From Candidatus Portnoybacteria bacterium (GTDB taxonomy: Bacteria > Patescibacteriota > Minisyncoccia > Portnoybacterales > GWB1-42-6): DNA of 64,000 nucleotides. How positions within the stretch are numbered: the first letter of the stretch is position 1; every line of letters starts with the position of its first letter. A model generated the notes under the pieces. That model ran no database searches. It saw only the letters and a program-made list of their open reading frames with translations, and was not told the DNA's origin. The stretch covers positions 168,820-232,819 of the forward strand of contig JAQTYI010000001.1 of the NCBI GenBank assembly GCA_028688325.1, read 5' to 3'. Positions 27,217 through 38,440 of this stretch are shown piece by piece. The position numbers and the translations under genes are program-made.

Positions 27217-29727
27217 TTATATGCATGTCACCGACGCCACCTTGTCTCCCGCCTCCAGCTTCATTATCCGAACGCCCTGCGTGGCTCGGCCCAAAGATGG
27301 AATTGAACCCAAAGATGTCCTGATGACCTGGCCGCGCTGAGAAATTGCAATAATGTCTTCCAGCCCCGCCTCTAAAATTTCGGCTGCCACGATGGGACCG
27401 GTCTTTGGCGTTACCTGCGCCGCTTTGATGCCCGACCCCCCGCGGCGCTGAATTTTGAATTGTTTTAAATCCGTCTTTTTCCCGTAGCCGTTCTCCATAA
27501 CAACCAGTAATTCTTGGCTTCCTGTTTTTTCCGAATTTTCATTTTGACTTTTGAGTTTTGAGTTTTGAGTTTTAACTATATCCATACCGACTACCATATC
27601 GCCTTTTTTCAGGCGCAAACCGCGCACGCCACCGGCTCCGCGTCCCATGGGCCGGGCGTCTTTTTCCTTAAAGCGCACGCTCTGGCCTTTGGCCGTGACC
27701 AAAATTATCTCATCGCTGCCCGATGACAGCTTAACCCAGCGCAGAAAATCATCCTTGCCCAACTTTATGGCGATAAGCCCCGAACGGCGAACATTGGAAA
27801 AGTCCTCAATGTGCGTTTTCTTTATTATACCATCTTTCGTGGTCATCACCAGATAATTTTCATCCCCATTGGTTCCGGTCGTTTTTGCCTCGCCCTTTTT
27901 CTTGTTTTTGAGATTTTCTTTCAACGCCACCAGCGCGTTGACTTCTTCTTTGGGCGCCAATTCCAAAAAGTTGACGATGGCTTGCCCGCGCGCCACGCGG
28001 CTGGCTTCGGGAATTTCGTAGGCCTTGGTCTGGAAGACCCGGCCGGTGTTGGTGAAAAACAGCAAATTATCGTGCGTGTTCACGCAAGCCAGATATTTCA
28101 CCATATCCTCTTCGCGCGTGGTGATGCCCGATACCCCCTTGCCGCCCCGGTGCTGGGGCTTGTAATTTTTGGGGCTCATTCGCTTAACATATCCCCCATC
28201 GGTAAGAGCGATAATGCAATCTTCTTCCGGAATAAGGTCCTCTTCCTTGAATTCTCCGACCGGTGAAATGAAGACCTTGGTGCGCCGCTCGTCGCCGAAT
28301 TTGGCTTTCAGATACGCCAGTTCGTCCTTGATGACGCCCAAGATTTTTTTGGGCGATTTCAACAATTCTTCCAATTCGGCGATTATCTGTTTTTTCTCTT
28401 TCAATTCATCCTCTATCTTTTTGCGCTCCAGGCCCGCCAGGGTCTGCAACTTCATTTCCAAGATGGCGGTGGATTGCAAATCGCTCAATTTGAATTTTTT
28501 GCAAAGTTCGCTATGCGCTTCTTCCTTGTTGGCGGATTTCTTGATGGTGGAAATTATCGCATCGATATGATCCAGCGCTTTTTTCAGGCCTTCCAATATA
28601 TGCGCCCGATCCTTGGCGCGTTGCAGGTCGAATTTGGTGCGCCGCGTAACGACATTATAGCGATGTTCCACATACTGCTCCAAAAATGATTTGAGCGACA
28701 AAACCTGCGGCTGCAGGCCGTCAACTAAAGCCAGCATATTCAAGTGGAATGTTTTTTGCAGATCCGTCAGTTTGTAAAGGCGGTTCAGTGTTTTTTGCGG
28801 ATAGGCCTCGCTCTTAAGATCAATGACGATGCGCACGCCGTCTTTGTCCGATTCATCGCGAATATCTTTGATGCCGTCAACTTTTTTCTCTTTAACGAGT
28901 TCCGCCATCGTTTCCAGCAACGACGATTTGTTTACCTGATAAGGAATTTCCGAAACAACTATCTGCTTGGCGCCTTTTTTATCTTCAATGATTTCGGCGA
29001 TGGCGCGGTTGACTATCGCTCCTTTGCCGGTTGAATATGATTGCACGATTGCCTGACGATCATAAATGGCTCCGCCGGTCGGAAAATCCGGCCCCTTGAT
29101 AAATTTTGTCAGATCCTCGGAGGTGGCTTTGGGATTTTCAATAAGATAGTTTATGCCATCCACCAGTTCCCCCAGGTTATGGGGCGGGATTGAAGTGGCC
29201 ATACCCACGGCGATGCCCAAAGAGCCGTTCAGCAAAAGCTGCGGCAATTTTGAAGGCAAAACCAAGGGCTCTTTGCGGGTGCCATCATAATTATCCGTCC
29301 AAGCAATCGTATCCTTATCTATGTCCAGCATCATCTCTTCGGCCAGCGCAGTCATGCGGCACTCGGTATAACGCATAGCCGCGGCGCCGTCGCCATCGAG
29401 CGAGCCGAAATTTCCCTGCCCTTGAACGAGCGGATATCTCATGGAAAAATCCTGCGCCATGCGCACCATACTTTCATAAACCGCGCTGTCGCCATGAGGA
29501 TGGTATTTTCCCAGCACTTCGCCGACGACCAGGGCTGATTTTCTGAGCTTGGCGCTGGAGCGCAGGCCCATATCCCACATCGCGTACAAAATCCGGCGAT
29601 GCACCGGCTTTAACCCGTCTCGGACATCCGGCAGCGCCCGGCCCACGATAACGCTCATGGCGTAGTCCAAATAACAGGTTTGCATTTCCTGGACTATTTC
29701 CTGGGGTTTGACATTTCCTATTTCCAT
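27217..29727 (-). CDS. gyrA: DNA gyrase subunit A
   Basis: [22 protein letters not shown], GyrA box QHRGGKG. Confidence 0.98.
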   Translation of the reverse strand: MEIGNVKPQEIVQEMQTCYLDYAMSVIVGRALPDVRDGLKPVHRRILYAMWDMGLRSSAKLRKSALVVGEVLGKYHPHGDSAVYESMVRMAQDFSMRYPLVQGQGNFGSLDGDGAAAMRYTECRMTALAEEMMLDIDKDTIAWTDNYDGTRKEPLVLPSKLPQLLLNGSLGIAVGMATSIPPHNLGELVDGINYLIENPKATSEDLTKFIKGPDFPTGGAIYDRQAIVQSYSTGKGAIVNRAIAEIIEDKKGAKQIVVSEIPYQVNKSSLLETMAELVKEKKVDGIKDIRDESDKDGVRIVIDLKSEAYPQKTLNRLYKLTDLQKTFHLNMLALVDGLQPQVLSLKSFLEQYVEHRYNVVTRRTKFDLQRAKDRAHILEGLKKALDHIDAIISTIKKSANKEEAHSELCKKFKLSDLQSTAILEMKLQTLAGLERKKIEDELKEKKQIIAELEELLKSPKKILGVIKDELAYLKAKFGDERRTKVFISPVGEFKEEDLIPEEDCIIALTDGGYVKRMSPKNYKPQHRGGKGVSGITTREEDMVKYLACVNTHDNLLFFTNTGRVFQTKAYEIPEASRVARGQAIVNFLELAPKEEVNALVALKENLKNKKKGEAKTTGTNGDENYLVMTTKDGIIKKTHIEDFSNVRRSGLIAIKLGKDDFLRWVKLSSGSDEIILVTAKGQSVRFKEKDARPMGRGAGGVRGLRLKKGDMVVGMDIVKTQNSKLKSQNENSEKTGSQELLVVMENGYGKKTDLKQFKIQRRGGSGIKAAQVTPKTGPIVAAEILEAGLEDIIAISQRGQVIRTSLGSIPSLGRATQGVRIMKLEAGDKVASVTCI

Positions 29728-29839
29728 AGTATCGCTGAACCACGCAGAACAGTACGCTGAACTGCGCAGAACTTAATTATTATAATATCATTTTTCACTC
29801 CGCGTTTTTCCGCGTGGTGTTCCGCTTGGTTCCGCGGTT

Positions 29840-30187
29840 TTATTCCAATGGCAATTTTTCCGTCGACTGCTGCGCTGGGCTATCTTGCGGCGCGGGGTTG
29901 GGACTTACGGCCACATCGCTTTTCACCGTATCGATAACGCTGCCGACGCCGGCGCTCAAGCTCTGCCAAAGCCCGGGCATTTCCTTTTTTATCTCGCCCA
30001 ATTTTTTCAACTGGTCGTTGCCGGCGTTATTTTGCGGTGCCGTTTGCGCCAATAACGCGCTCAGAGACCAAAGCCAAAAACCGAAAATAATGACCGCGCC
30101 GACGGTCGCGCTCGCCCACATTATCTGCACCCTGATATGGCGGGGCTTTTTTTGCAATTTTTCTATGAAATCAATAACGGACACCAT
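29840..30187 (-). CDS. Hypothetical single-TM protein
   Basis: Co-oriented ORF between gyrA and the MBL gene. Confidence 0.7.
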   Translation of the reverse strand: MVSVIDFIEKLQKKPRHIRVQIMWASATVGAVIIFGFWLWSLSALLAQTAPQNNAGNDQLKKLGEIKKEMPGLWQSLSAGVGSVIDTVKSDVAVSPNPAPQDSPAQQSTEKLPLE

Positions 30188-30248
30188 TATATGCGAATTT
30201 CAGCGAATTTAAAACGAATAAATTCGCTTTAAATTAGTTAAAATTCGT

Positions 30249-30887
30249 TTATATGCGCATTGTAATCACTTGCATATCCCCTTCCGGCAAGTCCTTTTTT
30301 TTCAAGGTTAATTTATCCACCGTTTCTTTTTTGGCAACGCCCATTTCTTTCAAAAACGCGTCAACGCCTTCAATCTTGGAAGTCAGTCCGGGAATTTTAT
30401 AATGCATAGGAATCACGATCCTGGGTTCGATCTGATTGATTATCTCGGCCGCCATTTCTTCGTCTATGGTATAGGTGCCGCCCACAGGAATCATCAGAAT
30501 ATCGACTCCGTCTATTTTTTCCACCTGCTCGGCCGTCAACTTTGCCTGCCCCAAATCCCCCAAATGGCAGATCTTCATGCCTTCCATATCAATTATATAT
30601 ATGGTATTGGTGCCCCGCTCTTTTCCTTCTTTATCATCATGGAAGGACAGGATGCCCTTGATATCCACACCTTTGGACTCATATTCCCCCGGCTCGTCAA
30701 TGACCAGCGAGCCGCCGTTTATCGCCTCGCTGTTGTTGTGGTCGAAATGATTGTGGGAAATGGTGACGATATTGGCTTGCCCGCGCGGCGGCGTCAAACC
30801 AATCTCCTTGGCAAAAGGGTCGGTAAAAAGCACCGTCTCCCCGCTTTGAATTTTGAAACAAGATTGTCCGTACCAGGTGATTACCAT
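30249..30887 (-). CDS. MBL-fold metallo-hydrolase
   Basis: WYGQSCF, ISHNHFDH, CHLGDLG, IPMHY. Confidence 0.93.
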   Translation of the reverse strand: MVITWYGQSCFKIQSGETVLFTDPFAKEIGLTPPRGQANIVTISHNHFDHNNSEAINGGSLVIDEPGEYESKGVDIKGILSFHDDKEGKERGTNTIYIIDMEGMKICHLGDLGQAKLTAEQVEKIDGVDILMIPVGGTYTIDEEMAAEIINQIEPRIVIPMHYKIPGLTSKIEGVDAFLKEMGVAKKETVDKLTLKKKDLPEGDMQVITMRI

Positions 30888-31180
30888 AGTGTTCGCGAAT
30901 AACGCTAATTAAAGGCGAATAATCCTAATGGATATTATTCGCATCATTAGTTATTTAATTCGCATTATTGGCGATTACTATTCAATTTTATCATAAAAAT
31001 TTTATCTTGCCAACACCCGATTTTGTCATTCCGGCCTCCCGCCTCTTCCCGTGCTCAAAAAATTATCCAAATAAAAAAAACCGGCAGGCGGTATCCATTT
31101 TTTGGAGACAAACCTGCCGGGGAAAATACTGCTTTTTAACAAGACGCCGATATCGCCCTCGGCAACGGGATACAGGGAGA

Positions 31181-31846
31181 TCAGCTCATCAGAAAGGCAA
31201 TCAAACTCGCCACCATTAACAAGAAATACACCGAGGAAAAAACTTTAAAAACTTTCTTACTCCATTCGACGGCGGCGGCGAAGGCGGCGAAGGCGAAGGC
31301 GGCGAAAGCGAAGGCGGTGGCGGCGGTGGCGGGGGCGGCGGCGGCGATGGCGGCGAAAGCGAAGGCGGTGGCGGCGGTGGCGGGGGCGGCGATGGCGGCG
31401 GCGGCATTGAATTTTCTAAAAAATACCGACATCCCCATCAGAACGACCGACAACACCCACAACACCAGATAGGGGCTAAACTTAATCTTCGGCTCCCCCT
31501 CAACGCCGCGCACCAGATGTATGCCTTGGGCATCGTAGATGATGCCTACAACCACGACAGGAGTATTCTTGATATGGAATAATCCTTCACGGGCAAACCG
31601 CACCTCTTCTGGCTTAACCGGCACGACGACGCCCGGTTTGGCATACGCCTGTTTCCAGGCGTCGCCGTAGGCGAGGACATCGTCGGCAATAACAACCCTC
31701 GTCTGCTTCCACTGTTCCGGCGGGCGGGAAGCCCGCAATCCGCCATTGCTCCCCACCTCAACGGTGGCGGCGCCGGCGATACCAACAAACACGATAACGG
31801 CAATGGCGATAAACATCATCACAACAGCTCTTCGCGCTTTCTTCAT
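31181..31846 (-). CDS. Hypothetical membrane protein with Ala-rich repeat tract
   Basis: SD AAAGGAG, signal peptide, TM helices and low-complexity tract. Confidence 0.7.
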   Translation of the reverse strand: MKKARRAVVMMFIAIAVIVFVGIAGAATVEVGSNGGLRASRPPEQWKQTRVVIADDVLAYGDAWKQAYAKPGVVVPVKPEEVRFAREGLFHIKNTPVVVVGIIYDAQGIHLVRGVEGEPKIKFSPYLVLWVLSVVLMGMSVFFRKFNAAAAIAAPATAATAFAFAAIAAAAPATAATAFAFAAFAFAAFAAAVEWSKKVFKVFSSVYFLLMVASLIAFLMS

Positions 31847-32009
31847 CTCATTCTCCTTTCTCTCTGTTTTTCCAGTCCGTTCCTTATTAGTGCTCTAAAA
31901 TAGAGCTTTTTAAGTTGCTACCCGTTAGCTTTTTCTGTTTTTTTATTTTAACATACCTGACCTATATTTGTCAATAGTTGAACTGGAATTCCCGAAATCC
32001 GCGCCTCTT

Positions 32010-32081
32010 GCCAGGAAGTAGAAATTCGGCCCTATACTGATTTTGTCGCCTACGGCGACAGCTGAATTTTCACTTCCTGGC
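32010..32081. repeat. Hairpin repeat CCAGGNAGTAGAAATTCGGC family, copy 1
   Basis: Arms match the copy at 39448-39516. Confidence 0.7.
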
Positions 32082-32328
32082 TTGCCAAAAATTCTCTTTT
32101 ACCTTATACTAACCGAGTATTAAGCGCCGAAAAAACATTGCGAATAAGAAATAACAAGGTGATTTTCTCCTCCTCTTAATTTAAGAGGAGGCCGGGAGGA
32201 GTTATAATCTGCAATCTTTTAATTTATAACTCACCCTAACCCTCTCTTAACTTAAGAGAGGGAATAATTCCCTTTTAATCAAATTCGTATATTATAATAA
32301 TTAAAAAACGGCGTTATTATCGTTTTAA

Positions 32329-33516
32329 ATGACAGCTAAATCAAAAGTTAAAACAAAAGCAGCGGAGGAACCGAAAAAATCAGTTATGACCGGGCTTCTG
32401 GCCCAGTCCCCCAAAACCCCCAAGTTGGGCGAAATCGTTACCGGCAAAGTTTTAGAGGTCAGCCGGAGCACAGTTTTCATCGATCTGGGAGCGGCGGGCA
32501 CCGGCGTGCTGCTGGGCCGCGAAATAAAAGAAAACCGCAATTTAATCAAGTCCTTAAAGCCCGGCGACGAGATATCGGCCATGGTGCTTGAGGCAGAAAA
32601 TGAGAACGGCTTTGTTGAGCTTTCCTTGCAGGCGGCTCATCGGGAGCAGTCATGGGATGTGCTCAGAAAAATATCGGCTAGCCAAGAAATCGTCAAAGCC
32701 AGAGTCACCGCAGCCAATCGAGGCGGTTTGATGATAGAACTCAGCGGAGTGGCCGGGTTTTTGCCGGTTTCGCAATTATCCCACGAACATTATCCGAGAG
32801 TGGAAGACGGAGACAAAAACAAGATCCTGCAGGAATTGAACAAATTCATCAACAAAGAAATGGAAGTCCGCATCCTTGATGTCGACCCCAGCCAGCAAAA
32901 ATTGATAGTTTCCGAAAAAGCCGTTGGAGAAGAAAAAGTCCGCCAGGCGCTTTCGCAATACCAGATGGGCGAACTGGTGGAAGGAACGATTTCCGGCGTA
33001 GTGGACTTTGGCGCTTTCGTGCGCTTCCCTCTTAAAGGAACCGAGGCGCAGGCCAAACCGGAAATGATAGAAGGCCTCATCCATATTTCCGAAATTGATT
33101 GGCAGCTGATAGAAGATCCGCGCCAGCTTTTGCACGCGGGCCAGAAAGTTACCGCCAAAATAATCGGCATAGAAAAAGACCGGCTGTCGCTTTCTCTCAA
33201 GGCCCTGAAAAAAGACCCGTGGCAAAACATTGAAGGCAGATACGCCAAAGACCAGATCGTTAAAGGCGAAGTCACCAAGATAAACACCTTCGGCGCTTTT
33301 GTTCAATTGGATAAAGATATCCACGGACTCGTGCATGTTTCGGATTTCGGCTCTCCTGACATCATGAACAAGCAGCTCCAGAGCGGCCAAAAATACGACT
33401 TCAAGATCGTTTCTATCGAACCGGCCGTCCATAAAATGGCGTTGTCGCTGGTCAGGCCGGAAAGCGCGGCCAAAGCGGAATCGGCCGCGGAAACCGAAAC
33501 TCCAAAAACCGAATAA
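32329..33516 (+). CDS. rpsA: 30S ribosomal protein S1 (four S1 domains)
   Basis: Repeated DFGAFV..GLIHISE S1 motifs. Confidence 0.9.
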   Translation: MTAKSKVKTKAAEEPKKSVMTGLLAQSPKTPKLGEIVTGKVLEVSRSTVFIDLGAAGTGVLLGREIKENRNLIKSLKPGDEISAMVLEAENENGFVELSLQAAHREQSWDVLRKISASQEIVKARVTAANRGGLMIELSGVAGFLPVSQLSHEHYPRVEDGDKNKILQELNKFINKEMEVRILDVDPSQQKLIVSEKAVGEEKVRQALSQYQMGELVEGTISGVVDFGAFVRFPLKGTEAQAKPEMIEGLIHISEIDWQLIEDPRQLLHAGQKVTAKIIGIEKDRLSLSLKALKKDPWQNIEGRYAKDQIVKGEVTKINTFGAFVQLDKDIHGLVHVSDFGSPDIMNKQLQSGQKYDFKIVSIEPAVHKMALSLVRPESAAKAESAAETETPKTE

Positions 33517-33620
33517 ATAAATTAACTACTAAATACTAATTTTTTACGAATATACGAAAACCGCTAATTTTTTATTGCAGATTTAGTATATTCGTATAGT
33601 TTCGTATTTGGTAGTGCACC

Positions 33621-35444
33621 ATGAAGAACCTTCTCAAAAATTTCTTCATCATCCTGGTTTTGTTCATCCTGATCTCAGGCGTTTTTTCGATGCTGGGCAA
33701 CCCCAAGAACACCCCTAAAATCGTTTCGCTGACCGAACTCGCCCAGCAGATAAACAACGGCCAGATCGATAAAATCACGGTCAACGATCAGGATCTGGCC
33801 GTATCACTTAAAAATTCCACCACCACCGAGGCCTCAACCAAAGAGCTGGAATCGGGGCTCACCGAATCGTTGAAAAATTACGGCGTCGACCCGGCCAAGC
33901 TCCAGCAAGTGCAAATCGACATCCAGCAAGCCAGCGGCTGGAAATACTGGCTCAGCAACATCATTTTCCCCTTCGTGCTTCCGCTGGCGCTGATGGGCTT
34001 GTTTTTATGGTTCATGATGCGCCAGGCCAAACAAGGCGCGGGCCAGAATTTCGGCTTCACCAAATCTTTGGCGCGGCTGATAATGCCCGAGGATAAAAAA
34101 CAGCAGACCAGCTTTGCCGATGTGGCCGGGCTCAAAGAAGCCAAGCAAGAATTGGACGAAGTGGTTGACTTCCTAAAAAGCCCCGGCAAATTCATCGAAA
34201 TAGGCGCCAAAATTCCCAAAGGTGTTTTGCTCATCGGCCCCCCGGGCTGCGGCAAGACATTGCTGGCGCGCGCGGTTTCCGGCGAAGCCAATGTGCCCTT
34301 CTTCCATATTTCTGGCTCGGAATTTGTGGAGCTTTTCGTGGGCGTTGGCAGCGCGCGGGTGCGCGATCTTTTTCAGAACGCCAAAAAGAACAGCCCGTGT
34401 ATAATTTTCATCGATGAGCTGGATGCCATCGGCAGGCAACGCGGCGCCGGCCTTGGCGGCGGACACGACGAAAGAGAGCAGACGCTAAATCAAATACTGG
34501 TGGAAATGGACGGATTTGAAGCAAACAACGGCGTGGTGGTTTTGGCCGCCACCAACCGGCCGGATATTCTGGACTCGGCCCTGTTGCGCCCCGGCCGTTT
34601 TGACCGGCGCGTGATGCTGGACTTGCCGGATATCAACGACCGCGAAGACATTCTGAAAATCCACGCCAAAAACAAACCTTTAACACCCGATGTTAATTTG
34701 CGCCAGATCGCCGAGCGCACACCCGGATTTTCCGGCGCCGACTTGGCCAATTTGGTCAACGAGGCCTCAATTTCCGCGGCCCGGCAGAACAAGAAAGAAG
34801 TGCATATGTCGGACTTGATCGATTCCATTGAAAAGGTCTTGTTGGGCCCCGAGAGGAAAAGCCATATTCTCTCAATTGATGAGAAAAAAATCGCGGCCTA
34901 TCATGAAGCCGGCCACGCGTTGGTGGCCGCCTCCCTCCCCCACACTGACCCCGTGCGCAAGGTCTCTATCATCGCCCGCGGACAGGCCGCCGGCTACACT
35001 TTGAAATTGCCGGAAATTGACAAGCATTTGCACAGTAAAACGGAATTTATTGAAGAGCTATCAGTCCTTTTGGGCGGCTACTACGCCGAGAAACTGGTCT
35101 TTGACGAGATAACCACCGGCGCGGGCAACGATTTGGAAAAAACCACGGACCTGGCCAGACGCTTGGTTATGCGCTACGGGATGTCGGAAAAACTCGGACC
35201 CCGGACTTTCGGAGAAACAGAGGATATGGTATTTTTGGGCAAAGAGATAACCACGGAAAAAAATTACTCCGAGCATGTGGCTCAGGAAATCGACAGTGAA
35301 GTCCATGCGTTCATTGATAACGCCGCCAAGGCCGCGCAAAAGATACTGACGGAAAAACGCGCCCTGTTGGATAAGATAGCCAACCGGCTGATCGAAAAAG
35401 AAACAATAGAGAAAGAGGAGTTTGAAGAGTTGATGAAAGGATAA
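33621..35444 (+). CDS. ftsH: ATP-dependent zinc metalloprotease FtsH
   Basis: [30 protein letters not shown]. Confidence 0.98.
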   Translation: MKNLLKNFFIILVLFILISGVFSMLGNPKNTPKIVSLTELAQQINNGQIDKITVNDQDLAVSLKNSTTTEASTKELESGLTESLKNYGVDPAKLQQVQIDIQQASGWKYWLSNIIFPFVLPLALMGLFLWFMMRQAKQGAGQNFGFTKSLARLIMPEDKKQQTSFADVAGLKEAKQELDEVVDFLKSPGKFIEIGAKIPKGVLLIGPPGCGKTLLARAVSGEANVPFFHISGSEFVELFVGVGSARVRDLFQNAKKNSPCIIFIDELDAIGRQRGAGLGGGHDEREQTLNQILVEMDGFEANNGVVVLAATNRPDILDSALLRPGRFDRRVMLDLPDINDREDILKIHAKNKPLTPDVNLRQIAERTPGFSGADLANLVNEASISAARQNKKEVHMSDLIDSIEKVLLGPERKSHILSIDEKKIAAYHEAGHALVAASLPHTDPVRKVSIIARGQAAGYTLKLPEIDKHLHSKTEFIEELSVLLGGYYAEKLVFDEITTGAGNDLEKTTDLARRLVMRYGMSEKLGPRTFGETEDMVFLGKEITTEKNYSEHVAQEIDSEVHAFIDNAAKAAQKILTEKRALLDKIANRLIEKETIEKEEFEELMKG

Positions 35445-35453
35445 TTAACTCAA

Positions 35454-35567
35454 CTTTGACCCGCTATCTTTTGGGCGTGTAGCTCAATGGTAGAGCACGA
35501 AGCTTATACCTTCGCGGTTCTAGGTTCGAATCCTAGCGCGCCCACCCCAAAAGATAGCGGGTCAAAG
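35454..35567. repeat. 21-bp perfect inverted repeat bracketing tRNA-Ile(TAT)
   Basis: CTTTGACCCGCTATCTTTTGG / CCAAAAGATAGCGGGTCAAAG. Confidence 0.9.
35473..35544 (+). tRNA. tRNA-Ile(TAT)
   Basis: CGAAG-CT TAT AC-CTTCG; acceptor GGGCGTG/CGCGCCC-A. Confidence 0.9.
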
Positions 35568-35576
35568 CATAGCGCT

Positions 35577-35712
35577 GGTTCTGGGCCCGCCCTGTTAGAA
35601 ATTATTGAATAGCTTATTTTCACGCTAAAATTTATTCTGGAAATAGCTTGTTTTATTAGATTAGAAATTACTTTATAATTTCTAACAGGGTGAAAATCAT
35701 AGCGCGCGCACC
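35577..35712 (+). pseudogene. tRNA 3'-half remnant interrupted in the T-loop
   Basis: GGTTCTGGG[CCCGCCCTGTTAGAAA..TTTCTAACAGGGTGAA]AATCATAGCGCGCGCACC resembles GGTTCTAGGTTCGAATCCTAGCGCGCCCACC. Confidence 0.6.
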
Positions 35713-35774
35713 GCGTAAAACCCCGCCTTAGCGGGGTCACGCAGCGCAGCCCCGTAAAAAATTAACAAAAATTT

Positions 35775-36092
35775 ATGAAAAATATGAATCTCCCCTTCCG
35801 CGCCCTATTAAATTCTCTTGGCGTTTTAGCTTATACCTCGCTTATCGCCGCGTTTTTATCCAACGGAGAAAGGATCTTCGGCAGCCAGGATAACCACTTC
35901 TTGATTCCGGCGGTCATGCTGATGCTCTTGGTGCTTTCCGCGACAATCACCGGCGCGCTGGTGCTAGGCAAGCCCGTTCTGCTGTATATGGAAAACAAGA
36001 AATCGGAAGCGCTGAAATTATTTTTTTATACCATCGGTTTTATGGCCGCAATAATGGTTATTGCCATGGGATGTTTGGCGTTGCTCAGGTAG
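35775..36092 (+). CDS. Small three-TM hypothetical protein
   Basis: Hydrophobic ORF with LVLSATITG.LVLGKP. Confidence 0.75.
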   Translation: MKNMNLPFRALLNSLGVLAYTSLIAAFLSNGERIFGSQDNHFLIPAVMLMLLVLSATITGALVLGKPVLLYMENKKSEALKLFFYTIGFMAAIMVIAMGCLALLR

Positions 36093-36164
36093 GCGTCTTT
36101 TCGCTGTAAAAAAGATGTCAGAATTTTTTTAGTTCTTACCAACATTATGAGAGGAGATTGATTT

Positions 36165-36614
36165 ATGAAGATGAAGATTCTGCACCTAAAGGATGAGCCG
36201 GAAAAAAGCATAATATTCAATGAAGGCGCGACCGTCCTCGTAGCCGACCTGCCTTCCGGTTTAAAAAAATCTCTGCTTAATTCTTTGCGGAAGATGCCAG
36301 AAATAAAAAGGATCCTGCCGATTTTTAACGGAAAAAAGATATCGGAAATAGTGGTCGACCTGCCCCAGAAACTCGCCACCCTGCCGAAGGTGCACGGATT
36401 GAGCAAAAACGACAGGGGAAAAATTGCAGAGACGCTGGAACTGCTCTTATGGCATTTTTCGCCGCACTGGCATTATGTCGGTTCCGGTGCTCATGAATTG
36501 GCCAGACATTGCGTTGACTGCGAGGCAACAGCAAAATCCATCGCCTCCAAATGCGATAATGGGGCGTGTCCATCGCACGAAAAATACCGGCTGCTTTCAG
36601 GCGAGGAAACCTAA
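36165..36614 (+). CDS. Hypothetical protein with C-terminal Cys/His cluster
   Basis: SD GAGGAG; HCVDC..C....CPSH. Confidence 0.6.
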   Translation: MKMKILHLKDEPEKSIIFNEGATVLVADLPSGLKKSLLNSLRKMPEIKRILPIFNGKKISEIVVDLPQKLATLPKVHGLSKNDRGKIAETLELLLWHFSPHWHYVGSGAHELARHCVDCEATAKSIASKCDNGACPSHEKYRLLSGEET

Positions 36615-36671
36615 CTCCTTTCACATTTCGCATTCTCGGGCTTGGCAAAAAACCGCCAAGCCCGACGATTT

Positions 36672-36748
36672 GGGTCTATAGCTCAGTTGGCTAGAGCGCG
36701 TCGTTGACATCGACGAGGTCAGTGGTTCGAGTCCACTTAGACCCACCA
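36672..36748 (+). tRNA. tRNA-Val(GAC)
   Basis: CGTCG-TT GAC AT-CGACG, CCA encoded. Confidence 0.95.
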
Positions 36749-36749
36749 A

Positions 36750-37817
36750 ATGAAACTGCTTAAAATAATGTCCGCCCAGCGGCTGGACAAATTTTTACAA
36801 GAAAAGTTTCCGCAATATTCCCGCGCCTTTATCAAGGAACAGATAAAGCTCGGGAATTTTTTGGTTTACCCCGAGCAGAGCCGAGGGGTTAATGGAGAAA
36901 AAGTTAAGCCCTCTTATATTTTGCGCCAAGGCGACCAAGTCGCCTTGGCGCCGGGATTTAATTTACCCGACGCCGCGCAAATTTTACCCAATCCCGCCAT
37001 CAAGTTGGATATCATTTTTGAAAATGACGATGTTATCGTCATCAATAAACCGGCGGGATTATCAGTCCATCCGCGGCAAGACAAAAACGGCTTGCCCCTG
37101 CTTCAGGAAATAAATACGGCACTCGTTAGCGGATTGCTGGCATATTATCCGGCGATTACGGATGCGGGAGATATATTAAATCCTCCCCGGTCCTCCCTAA
37201 AGGGAGGGAGTAAAATCAGTTCCCCTCCTTTAGGAGGGGTTAGGCCAAAGGTCCTGGAAGGAGGAGATTTTTATCCTGCTAATATCCGTCCCGGCATCGT
37301 GCACCGCCTGGACAAAGACACTTCCGGCGTGATGATAATCGCCAAAAACCAAGCAAGTTTTGACTGGCTCAAAAAACAATTCAAAGAACGGCAGACAACA
37401 AAAAAATATCTGGCACTGGTCCATGGCTTGCTGAAGATTAAAGAAGGAGAGATTAAAACGCTGCTACACCGCGCAGTCTCCGACCCGACCAAACAGAAAG
37501 TCTCAAAGAACGAAGGAAAGGAAGCAATAACAGGATACAAGGTCATTAAGGAATTTAAGGGCTATTCACTGATTGAAGCCAGCCCCAAAACCGGCCGTTT
37601 GCACCAGATACGCGTGCATCTGGCGCACCTGAGCCACCCCGTGGCCGGCGATGCCAAATACGGCGATAAACGCCTGCCTATTTTGCCTGGCTTAGACCAC
37701 CAGTTCCTGCATGCCCAAGAGCTGAAAATAACCCTTCCCGGCGGCTCAAAAAAGACATTTTTTGCGCCTCTGCCGGCCGATCTGCAAGCCACTTTAGACA
37801 CCCTTGCCGGGAAGTGA
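36750..37817 (+). CDS. rluD: RluA/RluD family pseudouridine synthase with in-frame inserts
   Basis: S4 domain, NKPAGL, VHRLDKDTSG, TGRLHQIRVH. Confidence 0.9.
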   Translation: MKLLKIMSAQRLDKFLQEKFPQYSRAFIKEQIKLGNFLVYPEQSRGVNGEKVKPSYILRQGDQVALAPGFNLPDAAQILPNPAIKLDIIFENDDVIVINKPAGLSVHPRQDKNGLPLLQEINTALVSGLLAYYPAITDAGDILNPPRSSLKGGSKISSPPLGGVRPKVLEGGDFYPANIRPGIVHRLDKDTSGVMIIAKNQASFDWLKKQFKERQTTKKYLALVHGLLKIKEGEIKTLLHRAVSDPTKQKVSKNEGKEAITGYKVIKEFKGYSLIEASPKTGRLHQIRVHLAHLSHPVAGDAKYGDKRLPILPGLDHQFLHAQELKITLPGGSKKTFFAPLPADLQATLDTLAGK

Positions 37818-37932
37818 AAGTTTGGCTGCCGTCCGCGGCGGCAAATTATTGGGTGGCCAAACTTCTACTTCCCGGCTTGAAAGAATATAAATAATATGAT
37901 AATATCTATTCGTAATTAGAGGCAACCCAAAT

Positions 37933-38355
37933 ATGACCAACATCATTCAAGATCAACTGAAAAGCGTGCCCGTACTCAAGTCGGGCCAGACCATCCGGGT
38001 GCATCAGCGCATCAAGGAAGGGAATAAAGAAAGAATCCAGCCGTTTGAAGGACTGGTTATTGCGGTTAAGCACGGCCGAGGCCTGGACGGCTCGTTTACC
38101 GTACGCAAGATTTCCGAAGGCGTGGGCGTGGAAAGGATCTATCCCTTGCATTCCCCGACCATCGATAAGATTGAGATACTGAAAACCGCCAAAGTCAGAC
38201 AGGCCAAACTTTACTATATGCGCGAACGCTCCGGCAAAAGAGCCCGGATGAAAAGTGGAGCCCCGCTAATAAATGATGCTGTTGGTCTTAACAGCGAGGC
38301 GGAATCCCGCACCGAAGACCAAGACAGCAATTTTTCTGCAACCGACAAAAAATAA
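37933..38355 (+). CDS. rplS: 50S ribosomal protein L19
   Basis: RIQPFEGLVIA, FTVRKIS.GVGVERIYP, VRQAKLYYMR. Confidence 0.97.
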   Translation: MTNIIQDQLKSVPVLKSGQTIRVHQRIKEGNKERIQPFEGLVIAVKHGRGLDGSFTVRKISEGVGVERIYPLHSPTIDKIEILKTAKVRQAKLYYMRERSGKRARMKSGAPLINDAVGLNSEAESRTEDQDSNFSATDKK

Positions 38356-38440
38356 TGGTCTTCCGGTGCGCGGACAAGAATGCAGTTGCCGTGCCAGTTG
38401 AAAATAAAACCAGCGAAGAGGTCTCCGAGGAATAATTTTT

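Noticed and set aside
31216..31407. Pro-rich 63-aa ORF
   Set aside because: It is an alternative frame of the GCC-repeat tract.
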